Of a stretch of 64,000 bases of DNA, positions 20,455-31,409 are shown in pieces (within the stretch, counting starts at the first letter, position 1; every line of letters begins with the position of its first letter). Source of the DNA: Methanotrichaceae archaeon (GTDB taxonomy: Archaea > Halobacteriota > Methanosarcinia > Methanotrichales > Methanotrichaceae); contig CAWDLW010000025.1 in the NCBI GenBank assembly GCA_963803145.1, forward strand, positions 100,655 to 164,654. The letters run 5' to 3'. Below the pieces are notes generated by a model. The model was not told where the DNA came from. It made no database searches and worked only from the letters and a program-made list of their open reading frames with translations. The position numbers were made by a program, and so were the translations under genes.

Positions 20455-21787
20455 AATTTATAACCTTAGTTTTCATTTTTGCCAATTCCCTTAGCATCCA
20501 GTCATTATCTTCAATTATTTTCTCATTCACATTAAATATTTTCGCACAAACAGTGTTATAATCATTTTCTATTTTCTTTACTGACTCGATGATCTTATCG
20601 TTGCCACAATCTTGCAAATCGATTGCAATATTAGGGCTGCCGTAGAATTCAATTAAACCTTCGGATTTATACTTATAATAGGAGCCTGAAAATAAAATGA
20701 TTGCTGGATGGCCTTGGGAAAGAGAAAATACATGAATATGATAGCTTAAGCCAAGTGAATATTTTGCCTTTCCCACAGCACCTTTAACGATACAAACGTC
20801 TTTGCACAAAGGCGCAATGAGCAGACGTTCTCGATGCGACATAAGGCTCTTAATTAAGGATCCATAATCCTTATCCCGACCGGAATGTTCATGATAGCTC
20901 ATCGGGAAAAAAATAAAATAATGGGGAACACTTTCAGCTATAATATCCAAGATCTCAGCGAGCCTTGCTGCCATGTGTGTTGTATCTTGAGTATAATCGC
21001 TTGAACGAAAATGGGTAGCAATATAAGAAGCACCATCTGGAAGCCCGCTATCATGAAGCAGTTTTTCTATAGCCTGCTCATTACCGGTAGGTAAGGTAAG
21101 TGCTTCGTCGCCTACTATTTTATAAATGACGTTTTCAGGCTTCTCTCTTTCGACTATCGATTGACTTACAGAATGGTCGCGAAAAGAGAGAAGATCTACA
21201 TTGGAAAAAGCTTTGCGCATCATTTTTTGAGCCCATTCTGTCTTCAGAGGTCCTATTCCTTGGGAAGATATGGCAATTATTTTCACATATGATTTCGCAA
21301 ATGTATATAGCCAACATTTGTATATAACGCCTGTGAGCCAAAAATCATTGAAATCAGCAGCACCAACGCCATAAAAAATGTCGCACGTCTTTATCAGGGA
21401 CAAAAAGCTTTTTAAATCGTTACTACTGGTTGGCGGCAATCCTGAATTTAGCAAGTATAATCTTAAATTTAGCCACTTAGAAGCTAAAATTAACGAAGTC
21501 GCATAATCAAATATATGTAAATTGCTTAGTAAAGGCATCTTGCGTATAATTGCAAATGGTAAATCAAAAATATTCCCCCATTTGATAAGTTCCTTATACG
21601 GAGAGGGCACTTTGATTACTTTAGATAGACCTTGGGGTAATGGATTACTGGGTACATATGGCAAAACAAATTCGCATGGGCCTAAATATTTATCCAATCT
21701 TAACAGTGCATTAAGAAGCATGGCTTCATCACCGAGATTGCCATAGGCTTCACCATGATCTACATAAATTCTTAGTTTTTTATCCAT
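20441..21787 (-). CDS. Polysaccharide pyruvyl transferase family protein
   Basis: YGNLGDEAML, QGIGP, SFRD..S, SYH motifs. Confidence 0.8.
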   Translation of the reverse strand: MDKKLRIYVDHGEAYGNLGDEAMLLNALLRLDKYLGPCEFVLPYVPSNPLPQGLSKVIKVPSPYKELIKWGNIFDLPFAIIRKMPLLSNLHIFDYATSLILASKWLNLRLYLLNSGLPPTSSNDLKSFLSLIKTCDIFYGVGAADFNDFWLTGVIYKCWLYTFAKSYVKIIAISSQGIGPLKTEWAQKMMRKAFSNVDLLSFRDHSVSQSIVEREKPENVIYKIVGDEALTLPTGNEQAIEKLLHDSGLPDGASYIATHFRSSDYTQDTTHMAARLAEILDIIAESVPHYFIFFPMSYHEHSGRDKDYGSLIKSLMSHRERLLIAPLCKDVCIVKGAVGKAKYSLGLSYHIHVFSLSQGHPAIILFSGSYYKYKSEGLIEFYGSPNIAIDLQDCGNDKIIESVKKIENDYNTVCAKIFNVNEKIIEDNDWMLRELAKMKTKVINYGPM

Positions 21788-22703
21788 AAGCCTTCCGCGC
21801 AATACATGTTATTTCGGGAGTAATTTCTAAGCTTTCACACAGATTTCGTATAAGTGGCAAACTTAAAATTTTTCCAAGTGCGTGCTGGCTAATAATTCCA
21901 CGGGTAAACCTGAAAGGAATAAGATAAGGATCTATATTTATTTCAATATACTCTGATCCATTTGCCTTTCTGCAAATGCAGATATCATTAAATCCAACCA
22001 TAGTTAAGTATTTTCGTAACTTGCTAGGAGTTATATAATTTAAGAGATCATTAAATTTAGTAGGTCGCCTATATAGGTATAATGCAAATCGAGATATCTT
22101 CTTACCTAGAAATAAAGGCAAAATAGTACCATAATGCCCCTCATAGGGATAAAGATAATTGGGACATTGTATGAATAATAAACCCCCGGGTTTCAAAACT
22201 CGGTAGCATTCAGAAAGCATCTTTAAAGGGTTATTCACATGCTCAAGGGTTTGAAACGAAATTACAACGTCAAAAAAACGATTAGGGAATTCCAATTGCT
22301 CTCCTTTTCCTGGTTTAATAAGCTCAGTGGATAATCCATTTGAAGATAAAACTCGATGTGATATTTTTATAGATTCCTGATAGTTCCCCTCGCTAGGTTC
22401 TATTCCTATGCAATTTAATCCAAGCATATTTCCTACAGCCGTGAACATCCCAAGGCCGCTACCTATCTCTAGATAAGATAGGGTTTGAGGATTATCGCTT
22501 GACAGCAAACTAAAAATCGTTTGCCACTGATTTTTGCGTATATTAAGTGACCAATATGCGCAAAGGCTGCTCTCAATCTCCTTTAGTCCTAGAAGTCTGG
22601 CCAGAGTAGTAGCGATCTCTTTAGACGCTACTAATGAATCCTTGGGGATCAAGACCTCATGGTTACCCACTTTGCCGACGATTAGATCCTCCATGTAATT
22701 CAC
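21780..22703 (-). CDS. Class I SAM methyltransferase
   Basis: LEIGSGLG, FDVV..FQTLEHV, VLKPGG, PYEGHY motifs. Confidence 0.87.
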   Translation of the reverse strand: MNYMEDLIVGKVGNHEVLIPKDSLVASKEIATTLARLLGLKEIESSLCAYWSLNIRKNQWQTIFSLLSSDNPQTLSYLEIGSGLGMFTAVGNMLGLNCIGIEPSEGNYQESIKISHRVLSSNGLSTELIKPGKGEQLEFPNRFFDVVISFQTLEHVNNPLKMLSECYRVLKPGGLLFIQCPNYLYPYEGHYGTILPLFLGKKISRFALYLYRRPTKFNDLLNYITPSKLRKYLTMVGFNDICICRKANGSEYIEINIDPYLIPFRFTRGIISQHALGKILSLPLIRNLCESLEITPEITCIARKAYG

Positions 22704-23710
22704 TTCTGTTCAAAAGAGCTTATGCACGCTTTGGCTAGCCTGGCGCATTTCCAAAAGCCCCGTGCTACGTCAAGAGTTTCAATACAATCGCGACATATTG
22801 CGGGCCACTCGAATTTATTTTCTAATTGGGCCTTACGCTGCCTTATCATCCGCTCTGAATTGAAGATCTTTAAAGGCGATTCATTTTTTATATTGCCTGC
22901 AGGATAATTTGAGTCGTAATCTTCGCAGCACATTTTCACTGTCCCGTCCCAATCAAATAAGAGTACCTCCCAAATATATCTGCAAGGCCATTGCTTTTTC
23001 TCCGTCCTGCTTCCAAAGATACCCCAGTTTATCCAGGGAGGAATTGCAATTGAATCTACCTTCTCAGACCAATATTTGCTAAATTCTTTAATCTCGCTCG
23101 AAGAACAGATGTCCGTAGGAACAAGCGAAACTTGCACCCAAATAGGGGATCCAGCCTCATCGTTTTTTGCCAAGAAATGCTGAACATTTTGTATAGTTTT
23201 TTCATATGGAAGTTTCATAACAGCCTCATAAGTTTCTTTTCGGAAGGCGTTTAGACTTATGGTTACCTGATCTATGCCTGAAGAAATCAGTTCAGAGGCT
23301 CTATTTCCGTCTAATAAACTAGCATTGGTATATATTCCAACTTTAGCTTCGTTGAATGCCTTTTTTTCATAAAGGATTTTATCGGCAAGCTGTTTGTCTA
23401 TCAAGGGCTCTCCAATACCTGCATGAGTTATTAAGGAAATTGGTGCACAAGTCTTCGCTACAGCATCAACTATTGTTCTGTGAACCTCCATGCTCATGAT
23501 TCCCTTTTGACGTTTCATACTCCGCGAAGGACACATTATGCATTCAGCGTTGCAATAGTTTACAGTCTCTATTGCTAACTGCCTGGGTAGCAACTCAAAA
23601 TTGCCGTCAACCTCTTTATTAATTCTATCTTCTAACATCATATCAGAGACAAAAGGCAATTCTGAATCCACTACCAAATCACTAATTGCTCTTAATATTC
23701 GTTTTGGCAT
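22700..23710 (-). CDS. Radical SAM/SPASM(Twitch) protein
   Basis: CNAECIMC, GEPL, C-terminal CRY...CCED...CRDC. Confidence 0.9.
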   Translation of the reverse strand: MPKRILRAISDLVVDSELPFVSDMMLEDRINKEVDGNFELLPRQLAIETVNYCNAECIMCPSRSMKRQKGIMSMEVHRTIVDAVAKTCAPISLITHAGIGEPLIDKQLADKILYEKKAFNEAKVGIYTNASLLDGNRASELISSGIDQVTISLNAFRKETYEAVMKLPYEKTIQNVQHFLAKNDEAGSPIWVQVSLVPTDICSSSEIKEFSKYWSEKVDSIAIPPWINWGIFGSRTEKKQWPCRYIWEVLLFDWDGTVKMCCEDYDSNYPAGNIKNESPLKIFNSERMIRQRKAQLENKFEWPAICRDCIETLDVARGFWKCARLAKACISSFEQK

Positions 23711-23727
23711 AAGAGTAATTACTCAGA

Positions 23728-24981
23728 TTATTTAGCGAGATTTTCATGCGTCCAGTTCAGTTTCGGGCAAACAACCCCCCAGCCTCTTTGCATGGGATCT
23801 ATTGAGCCGGTGGCGATCACATCAAAACTAAGGCACTCATGGGCATAATGATATGCTTTAACATTCGGGATAACTGCTCCCAGATCCACATGGTACCTTC
23901 CAGGCAATAAGAAGTGTCCCGGGATTTCTACATAAGCTCGGTAAGTTCCAATATTCTCAAATGGTTGTTCATTATTCGTATCATCTCTATCTGCGGTGAA
24001 TATTATTCGTATGCCAAGATCGTTTTTAAGTGCCACTGATATAGTTAACCCTCGCGGGATTTCTTTTATAGAATATTCTACGCCTATAAAAAATGAATGC
24101 CGAAAATCAATGTTTGAGGAGATTTGGTGATTATTATCTAAAACAAAGCAGCTAGTAATAACTACATCGCTCGGCTCTAACGGAGGATGTAATTTCACAA
24201 CACCTTGCTTTTGTGACCGTGAATGCAGATATTCACTTACAACTGATTGAGTCTCATCAAGGATTATAGCTTGACCTTTATCTAGCCATAAAGCGCTACT
24301 ACATAAGCTGATAATCGCACCCATATTATGGCTCACAAATAATACAGTCCGCCCTTCCTTTGCCACCGTTCCCATTTTTCCCAGGCACTTCTTCTGGAAC
24401 GCCGCATCTCCTACTGCTAAGACCTCATCAACTAGCAGGATCTCTGTGTCCAGGTGAGCAGCCACGGCGAAGGCAAGCCGTACATACATACCACTTGAGT
24501 AGCGTTTCACAGGGGTATCTAGAAACTTCTCTATTTCCGAGAACTTTACAATTTCATCGAATTTATCATCTATCTCCTTCTTTCGCATGCCAATGATAGA
24601 CCCACTGAGATAGATATTCTCTCTTCCTGTCAGCTCAGGGTGAAATCCTGTGCCCACTTCCAGCAGTGATCCCACGCGACCGTAAAGCTCTATATAGCCC
24701 TCTGTTGGCATGGTGATGCGTGAAAGGATCTTGAGCAGAGTACTTTTGCCAGCGCCATTCCTTCCGATGATACCTACTACCTCGCCCTGCTTTACATCGA
24801 AGGAGACATCCTTTAGAGCCCAGAAGTACCGATCTTCATTCCCTTGCTGGCAATTCAGCTTCCTAAAGGGCATAACAGCTAAGCTAGTGATTGCATCTCG
24901 AAAAGTCTTGTAGGGCTCCTGCTGGCCTATACGGTAGCGCTTGCCCAAGTTTTTAATATGAATCGCTATATTTTCTACCAT
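23728..24981 (-). CDS. wzt: Glycan-export ABC transporter ATPase with C-terminal Wzt_C domain
   Basis: GRNGAGKST, YSSGM.VRLAFA, LLVDEVLAVGD, VSH motifs. Confidence 0.92.
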   Translation of the reverse strand: MVENIAIHIKNLGKRYRIGQQEPYKTFRDAITSLAVMPFRKLNCQQGNEDRYFWALKDVSFDVKQGEVVGIIGRNGAGKSTLLKILSRITMPTEGYIELYGRVGSLLEVGTGFHPELTGRENIYLSGSIIGMRKKEIDDKFDEIVKFSEIEKFLDTPVKRYSSGMYVRLAFAVAAHLDTEILLVDEVLAVGDAAFQKKCLGKMGTVAKEGRTVLFVSHNMGAIISLCSSALWLDKGQAIILDETQSVVSEYLHSRSQKQGVVKLHPPLEPSDVVITSCFVLDNNHQISSNIDFRHSFFIGVEYSIKEIPRGLTISVALKNDLGIRIIFTADRDDTNNEQPFENIGTYRAYVEIPGHFLLPGRYHVDLGAVIPNVKAYHYAHECLSFDVIATGSIDPMQRGWGVVCPKLNWTHENLAK

Positions 24982-25410
24982 CTACACCACATTAACGGAA
25001 ATAATCCTTATCATTGAAGCTAAGCAATGAAAATGAGGGCTAATATTCAGGTTACCCAGCTGAATAATCTACTTTAGTTACGTCTAATGATATTTACTTC
25101 TTTATCAATATATCTATAATATAATAGTATTACAAAGCAATATACCATCCGCGGTTATCTTTCCGGCCCTCTTATCATCCAATCAATTCAGTACCGGCAA
25201 CCTCTAATTTACTCTATTTCCTTCCTTCAAAGCCTTGTATAAATATCTTTCTTTGCCGGAAAGATAATCTGATGTGTAGATGAGCAACTATCTGCCGATA
25301 CTTGCCTTTTCGCAGGAGTTATGCTACTTGCATAAATCCTACTTAACAACTGCAATTATTCTAATTTAGAATAAGCCTATGAGCTCCATTAGGAAAAAGG
25401 GGGATCCCGA

Positions 25411-28036
25411 TCAGGGTGTCACATTAATCGTCACGGGGTTACTCCAGGGGCCATATCCATCCTTATTCCAGGCATCGATATACCAATTATATTGGCCGCC
25501 TCCGAGCAATATAGAGGGAGTAACTTGGCAATTTACCCCATTGAATACATCATTCTCTTTATACCACTGATTAATGGTTGTTCCTGAGGGTGCATCCACT
25601 CGCAAGTTATACCATAACGTTCCAACTACGTTGCACCAATTGTAAGTTGGCTTTTGAGTGGTTATTGTACCGGACGGTGATATTAAAGTTGCTACGCCAG
25701 GAACACCGCCTTGAATACTAAACGACATAGGGTCGCTCCAAAGGCCATATCCATCCTTATTCCAGGCATCGATATACCAATTATATTGGCCACCTCCGAG
25801 CGATGTAGAAGGAGTAACTTGGCAATTTATCCCATTGAATACGTCATTCTCTTTATACCATTGATCAATGACTGATCCAGAGGCTGCATTAACCCGCAAG
25901 TTATACCATAATGTTCCGGCTACATCGCTCCAGATGAACGTTGTTGTCAGTGCATTTGTTTGACCCGTTGGTGAGATCAAAGTAGCTTTGCCAGGAACAC
26001 CGCCCTGAATGCTAAATGACATGGGGTCACTCCAAGGGCCATATCCATCCTTATTCCAGGCATCGATATACCAATTATATTGGCCACCTCCGAGCGATGT
26101 AGAAGGAGTAACTTGGCAATTTATCCCATTGAATACGTCATTCTCTTTATACCATTGATCAATGACTGATCCAGAGGCTGCATTAACCCGCAAGTTATAC
26201 CATAATGTTCCGGCTACATCGCTCCAGATGAACGTTGTTGTCAGTGCATTTGTTTGACCCGTTGGTGAGATCAAAGTAGCTTTGCCAGGAGCACCGCCCT
26301 GGACGTAAAATGGCACGGGGTCACTCCAGGGGCCATATCCATCCTTATTCCAGGCATCGATATACCAATTATATTGGCCACGTCCGAGCGATGTAGCGGG
26401 AGTAACTTGGCAATCGATCCCATTGAATACATCATCCTTTTTATACCACTGATCAATGACTGTACCTGTGGGTGAATCTACTCGCAGGTCATACCATAAG
26501 GTTCCATCCAAATTGCTCCAGTTGTAAGTTGGCATCTCAGTGGTTATTGAACCGGATGGCGATATCAAAGTAGTTTTGCCAAGTGTCAAAGGATACAGCA
26601 GCATTACTCCAGCTATATCTCCATTCCCAAGCGTTCTCTGCACATCATTATAGGCGTTCATTATCTGGCTATAATCTGATTTGCGTGCGTCGCTGGAAGG
26701 TAAGGTATATAAATCTCCCAAACCTATTGTATGGCCCAGCTCATGCAAAGCGACGCCTTGAACATCCAAAGAATCGCCAGAGTGATAGGGCGTGCCATCT
26801 ATGCCTGTCGTTGACCAGGGATATGCCGTATTGAGGCTTACATCCGACTCGTACGCCGTCCAGTACCCATTAACTATCGGAGTATCATACCGTGTCCGTG
26901 TATAGGCAAGGGCTGAAGGAGCATCCGAGAGGTATTTCCAACCTACGACATTATATCCGTCATATGGGTTATCTACGCTCTTGCTCGGATCGATAATCAC
27001 AGTATTACCATCTGCGAAGAGGTTCTGGGCCACAGCATCATCCCAGGTATTTGCTGCATTAGCAATGGCGGTCTGGGCCTGCGTTGCCGTTAGCCCTGTT
27101 CCCGGGATAAGGCCATTATTATCATCCTTCAAGTAAAGCTGAATTTTTGGATCGAGGGTATTCCAACGCCATCCTGTCAATGCATATGATGAGGATGAGC
27201 CTCCTTGTGCCTGAGTCGCTACCTGGTCCATGCATCCCAGATCATTGGCATCGAGGCTTGCTGCATTCATCTCAAATGTTCCCATGCCGTCTGATACAGC
27301 TCTCAGCCCCTGCATAGATACGCCTCCGCCATTCTGTGCAACCTGCTGTAGATCTTCATCATGCATCCAGGTTACGCCATCGGTCGCCACATTTCCGTCC
27401 AGCTTAGCATCGCCGATTGTAGTCGAACTCAGCTCTGCCGTGAGGGTTCCATCTCCAAGGAAATTTCCGTTTGCAACCATTGCCTTATCCTCAGAGTAGG
27501 CGCCCGATCCCACGTAGCCCATTAGACCAGCCATACCGGTATTCTGGCTTGCTGTTACTCCTTCTTCCGCTGAGACGCTTTGCGATGATGAGATAACGCC
27601 TCCTATGACGCATGCCTCCTGATCTGCCGAGACCAGGGTCTGTGTACCTTTTAGAGATAGGGACACATCGCCTCCTCCAATCACCTGCTGGTTTAGGCTT
27701 GTGCTATCAGGTGAGGCCGCTGCGGAAGTGGATGCAATGAAGGCCCCATTGCTCAGTATTGTGTTATCAACAGACGAGTCCTTTCCGCCAATCCGTTGGC
27801 TAATGGAATTCTGGCCTGAACCGCTTGCTTCGGAGCTCTCGGATATGGAACCTGAATTCAAGGTGGCCAATGCATTCAAAGATGTGGAATCATCCAGATT
27901 ATAGGTCATAGAGGAGGAAGTAGCGCCCCCACCGCCTCCTGAGGTGCAGCTGACTGATATAGATGAGACAGGAGCAATAAGGATACTTAGAAGCAGACAG
28001 CGATAGGATCAGATGGAGGAAACGTTTAGGCAGCAT
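25411..28036 (-). CDS. Secreted metzincin (M10/matrixin-like) protease with four C-terminal Ig/FN3-like repeats; signal peptide frameshifted near 28000
   Basis: HELGHTIGLGD plus SQIMN Met-turn; in-frame CLLLSILIAPVSS upstream of 27909; ATG 28036 lies in another frame. Confidence 0.8.
25415..26580 (-). repeat. Four intragenic ~294-bp (98-aa) tandem repeats
   Basis: CCAGG anchors at 25697, 25991 and 26285; the middle two copies are near-identical. Confidence 0.93.
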
Positions 28037-28194
28037 AGGTCGATCAGGCTTGGGATATATCTGGCAGCGTTTAAGGATATCGCTATGTACACAAATTATT
28101 CGATACGTAGTCAAAAATTTTCCTAAAAATCAAGTATATTTATGTTTATGCGCATATTTGAATAACCTACTAATCCGTTCTCTTCACGTATAAT

Positions 28195-28270
28195 CTATAG
28201 AAGTCCATCCGGCTCCGGGGCAACTGCATATATGGCACTATCAGCGTTGACTGGCTGCATTGCATCCAAT
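28195..28270 (+). pseudogene. Decayed 3' remnant of an MspA-like gene
   Basis: AGAAGTCCATCCGGCTCCGGGGCAAC...ATCAGCGTTGACTGGCTGC aligns with 225-292. Confidence 0.8.
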
Positions 28271-28407
28271 TGGCGGCTGACTAGATGGCCAATAGATTTA
28301 TATAAAATAAGAGCTCCAGATCATATCTAGAGCATATCTTACCTTTGGGTAAGAAGGGATCTAAAACCTAAAGCAAAAAGTCATACCAAATAGGGGGTGA
28401 ACGAAAA

Positions 28408-29199
28408 ATGAAGGGAGTAGTAGCAGCGATGCTAATCGCGGCTCTTCTAGCCTGCAGCGGCATTGTGGTGGCAACTCCACCAACTATACCGCCAGTACAA
28501 TTTGAGCAGTTCTGTGAAAATCAGAAAGTATCAGGAACAGGTGTAGTCGATGTGAGCACATCGATAGTAGATAAGAAGATAGCTCTTGAATACTATAACA
28601 GTATGGCCGGTGACGGCGACATAGAGCTTAACCAGGAGCATGCCTATTCTCAGGATGCCGATAAGCTCAAGAGGAATGTATCATCGGTCAACGGCGGAAA
28701 CCAGTCCGCTTTGAATCTATTCGAAAGCACTAAGCTTACATATTCTGGCCAGACACCTTTGACAGGTGGTAAATACATCAACTCAAAGGAATTCTATGGT
28801 GGAATAGGTGCCAATGTCCAGGAGATGTACTCAGTAAATCAGATGGAGCAGGATGAGACTGGGTACTTCGCTTCAACGACACCCTACAATCCGCCTGGAA
28901 CAACGCCCGAGGGTCTCATAAAGGATCTGAAGAACGCAGGACGAGATACTAACCTAGTTAACGAGCTCATGACAACAAACGAGGGCGTCAATGTGCCGTC
29001 GCAACTGGTAGGCATTAGCACCAAGAACACATTCAATGGTACATGGGGCACAGATGCCACTTGGCATAAGATATTCTACAAGGACATAAAGGCCCACGAG
29101 AGCTTCACTGGACAATTCGAGGCAGAGAAGACAATCAAGTTCCACGAGAATCCAGTGCCTGAGAATGAGCAGCCACCTTGCGCAGGAATAGATTGTTAA
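28408..29199 (+). CDS. Secreted envelope protein, close paralogue of 427..1218
   Basis: Same length (263 aa), very high visible identity, conserved upstream region. Confidence 0.88.
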   Translation: MKGVVAAMLIAALLACSGIVVATPPTIPPVQFEQFCENQKVSGTGVVDVSTSIVDKKIALEYYNSMAGDGDIELNQEHAYSQDADKLKRNVSSVNGGNQSALNLFESTKLTYSGQTPLTGGKYINSKEFYGGIGANVQEMYSVNQMEQDETGYFASTTPYNPPGTTPEGLIKDLKNAGRDTNLVNELMTTNEGVNVPSQLVGISTKNTFNGTWGTDATWHKIFYKDIKAHESFTGQFEAEKTIKFHENPVPENEQPPCAGIDC

Positions 29200-29599
29200 A
29201 AAATCTAACCACATATTTTTTTTATTTTTTAGCTTCCGCTCGATCTGCTTTCGAATATCGTCTTAATGACTGCTAAGTTTCCTACTCGTGCATGAAAGTT
29301 CACGAGGACTAACAAAGATGATTTAAACTGGTCTCCTATTCAGGAGTGTATTTATTATCGGAAGCGGCTATATACTCCTCAATAGACTTCTCAATGCGTA
29401 GATCCGCATTCTTAATGGAATCCTTGTAATCTTATATTCTCGTAATTGGCTCTGGCTTGGGGTATTTCTGATTTCGGCTAATATCTTAGCTCATATATTC
29501 ATCACCAATTTGGCCGCCTTGGCACACGGATTCATTGGCATATGATCATGACGCTTTTGGGGGTTGCTTTTATATTTTGCATGTAAATTGGCATTTATG

Positions 29600-29756
29600 C
29601 AAGATAGGGATTTTAGATTATATAGATCTCCTGCGAGCACTTTGCATTATCCTTGTTTTGGAATGGCATCTTCAGCCGTTCAGGTTTATATCAACTATTC
29701 CGAAGCTACTTGTGGCGGGATTTGATTTCCAATATTTAGCTTCGTGTTTAGTTTAG
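29600..29756 (+). pseudogene. N-terminal remnant of an acyltransferase-3 gene
   Basis: LDYIDLLRALCIILVLEWH matches the AT3 D.LR...H motif seen in 38657..39901. Confidence 0.5.
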
Positions 29757-29941
29757 CATTAGCAACGATATTTGGAAAGACTTACTTAAAACAATATTAT
29801 GTCAGTTAAACGTCATATTCGCGCAATTTGAATAAATACCCCCGTGGCCTGCTAAAGTTAATTCATGGATGTAAAAGGCTTCTGAATAAACCGAATAATT
29901 GCAAATCCTATATCTTCGAATAACCAAGCTCCAGAGTTCTT

Positions 29942-30796
29942 GTGTATATGTTTGCACTCTACTGCTTTATCGGGGACGAAAGACTGATATTCCCACAACG
30001 ATTACAGATGCGCTTATTAGGATATCGGTCCTGGAAGTATAATTTCTGGCTTGAAGAGAAAATAGGGATGATGATTATGTTGCGCCAAATAAGAAATGGC
30101 ATTTTGAATTATAGATATATTCGATTTAATAATATGAAATATTATTATCATATATTACGTGAGGAAAACAGGTCGTTTAAATATCCGCCTAATAAAATCA
30201 AAAAAATTCCTATAAATTTAGCTAAATTGCTTAAAATGAAATCTATGATTAAGTCAAAGAACAAACTTCACATTGGTTGTGGAGATATAAAGCTTATCGG
30301 TTTTATAAATATAGATAATTATCGCACAAATGCTACTGATTTATCTTGTAAAATAGAAGATCTGCCTAAGTATATACCTAGTAATTCGATAAAGATGATA
30401 TACATTTGTCACACACTAGAACATTTTTCAAAAAACGATTCGATAAACGTGCTGAAGATGTTCTACGATTTTCTAGAGCCTGGGGGCGAATTGAGGATTT
30501 CTGTTCCAGATCTCTGCAAATTAGCAAGTATTATAAAAAGTCAGAAGCTAACGTTCGAGAACCAGAGGCTGATACAAGGAATTTTAGCGGGTGGACAAGA
30601 TACTAAATATAATTATCATAAATCGATATATTGGTCTGGTTTGCTTCAAAGTATTTTGGGAGAGATCGGGTTCAAAGATATCGCTGAGTATCCTTGTTAC
30701 CCGCATTTTATGGGTGATATAAAGGATGCATCGTCAACAGCAGGGACCGTGGAATTTGGGAAACTGATAAGTCTCAATATTATGGCGATAAAGTGA
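29942..30796 (+). CDS. SAM methyltransferase-like protein
   Basis: KLHIGCG..GFINID, HTLEHF, LEPGGELRISVPD motifs; AT-rich; true start probably downstream. Confidence 0.8.
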   Translation: MYMFALYCFIGDERLIFPQRLQMRLLGYRSWKYNFWLEEKIGMMIMLRQIRNGILNYRYIRFNNMKYYYHILREENRSFKYPPNKIKKIPINLAKLLKMKSMIKSKNKLHIGCGDIKLIGFINIDNYRTNATDLSCKIEDLPKYIPSNSIKMIYICHTLEHFSKNDSINVLKMFYDFLEPGGELRISVPDLCKLASIIKSQKLTFENQRLIQGILAGGQDTKYNYHKSIYWSGLLQSILGEIGFKDIAEYPCYPHFMGDIKDASSTAGTVEFGKLISLNIMAIK

Positions 30797-31088
30797 TGAT
30801 CCTATAATATATTGAATAACTATTTTAGATTGGCAAGCAATCTATCAAGAACTTTATTTAATATCTTATACATAGCTGAAGATAGATTCTTTTCCCAAAA
30901 TGCAAAACCGAATAATCGATCTTTATCCCGAGCAGATCTTAAATTCTGATATGGTCTGATTGTAGCCTCAGGACACCTCCTGATTTATATGAGCACAGCA
31001 TTTCTACCACATAGATACATATGACCTATCGGCATAGGACACGACTGATCGAAAGCTTTTTTATTTCGAAGCTCTTTCAATATCGGGA

Positions 31089-31349
31089 ATGAAAGAGGAA
31101 ACTAAGGTAGCAGAGAACAGGCTCCAGCAGATCAAGGATAAGCTTGACCTTGATGAGATCGGCGATATAGACTTGGCCGTCCCATCCGTGAATTTACAGG
31201 AGTACATAAGAGTCCTAAGGCTTGCCAGGAAGCCATCCAGAGAGGAGTTCACTATGATCGCAAAGGTCTCAATGGCAGGCATCGGCCTCATCGGCTTGTT
31301 AGGCTTTACGTTATATGCTCTGCTGACTGAGCTTCCAAAATCGCTTTAA
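31089..31349 (+). CDS. secE: Protein translocase subunit SecE/Sec61-gamma
   Basis: EYIRVLRLARKPSREEF motif plus one TM helix. Confidence 0.92.
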   Translation: MKEETKVAENRLQQIKDKLDLDEIGDIDLAVPSVNLQEYIRVLRLARKPSREEFTMIAKVSMAGIGLIGLLGFTLYALLTELPKSL

Positions 31350-31409
31350 AATATTTGCTCTTTTTCAGAGCTTACTTTAGTTTATTTGCTGGCTTTCAGT
31401 TTATTCAGC

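Noticed and set aside
25415-26580. 294-bp repeats as DGR template/variable repeats
   Set aside because: No reverse transcriptase, differences are not adenine-specific, and all copies are coding
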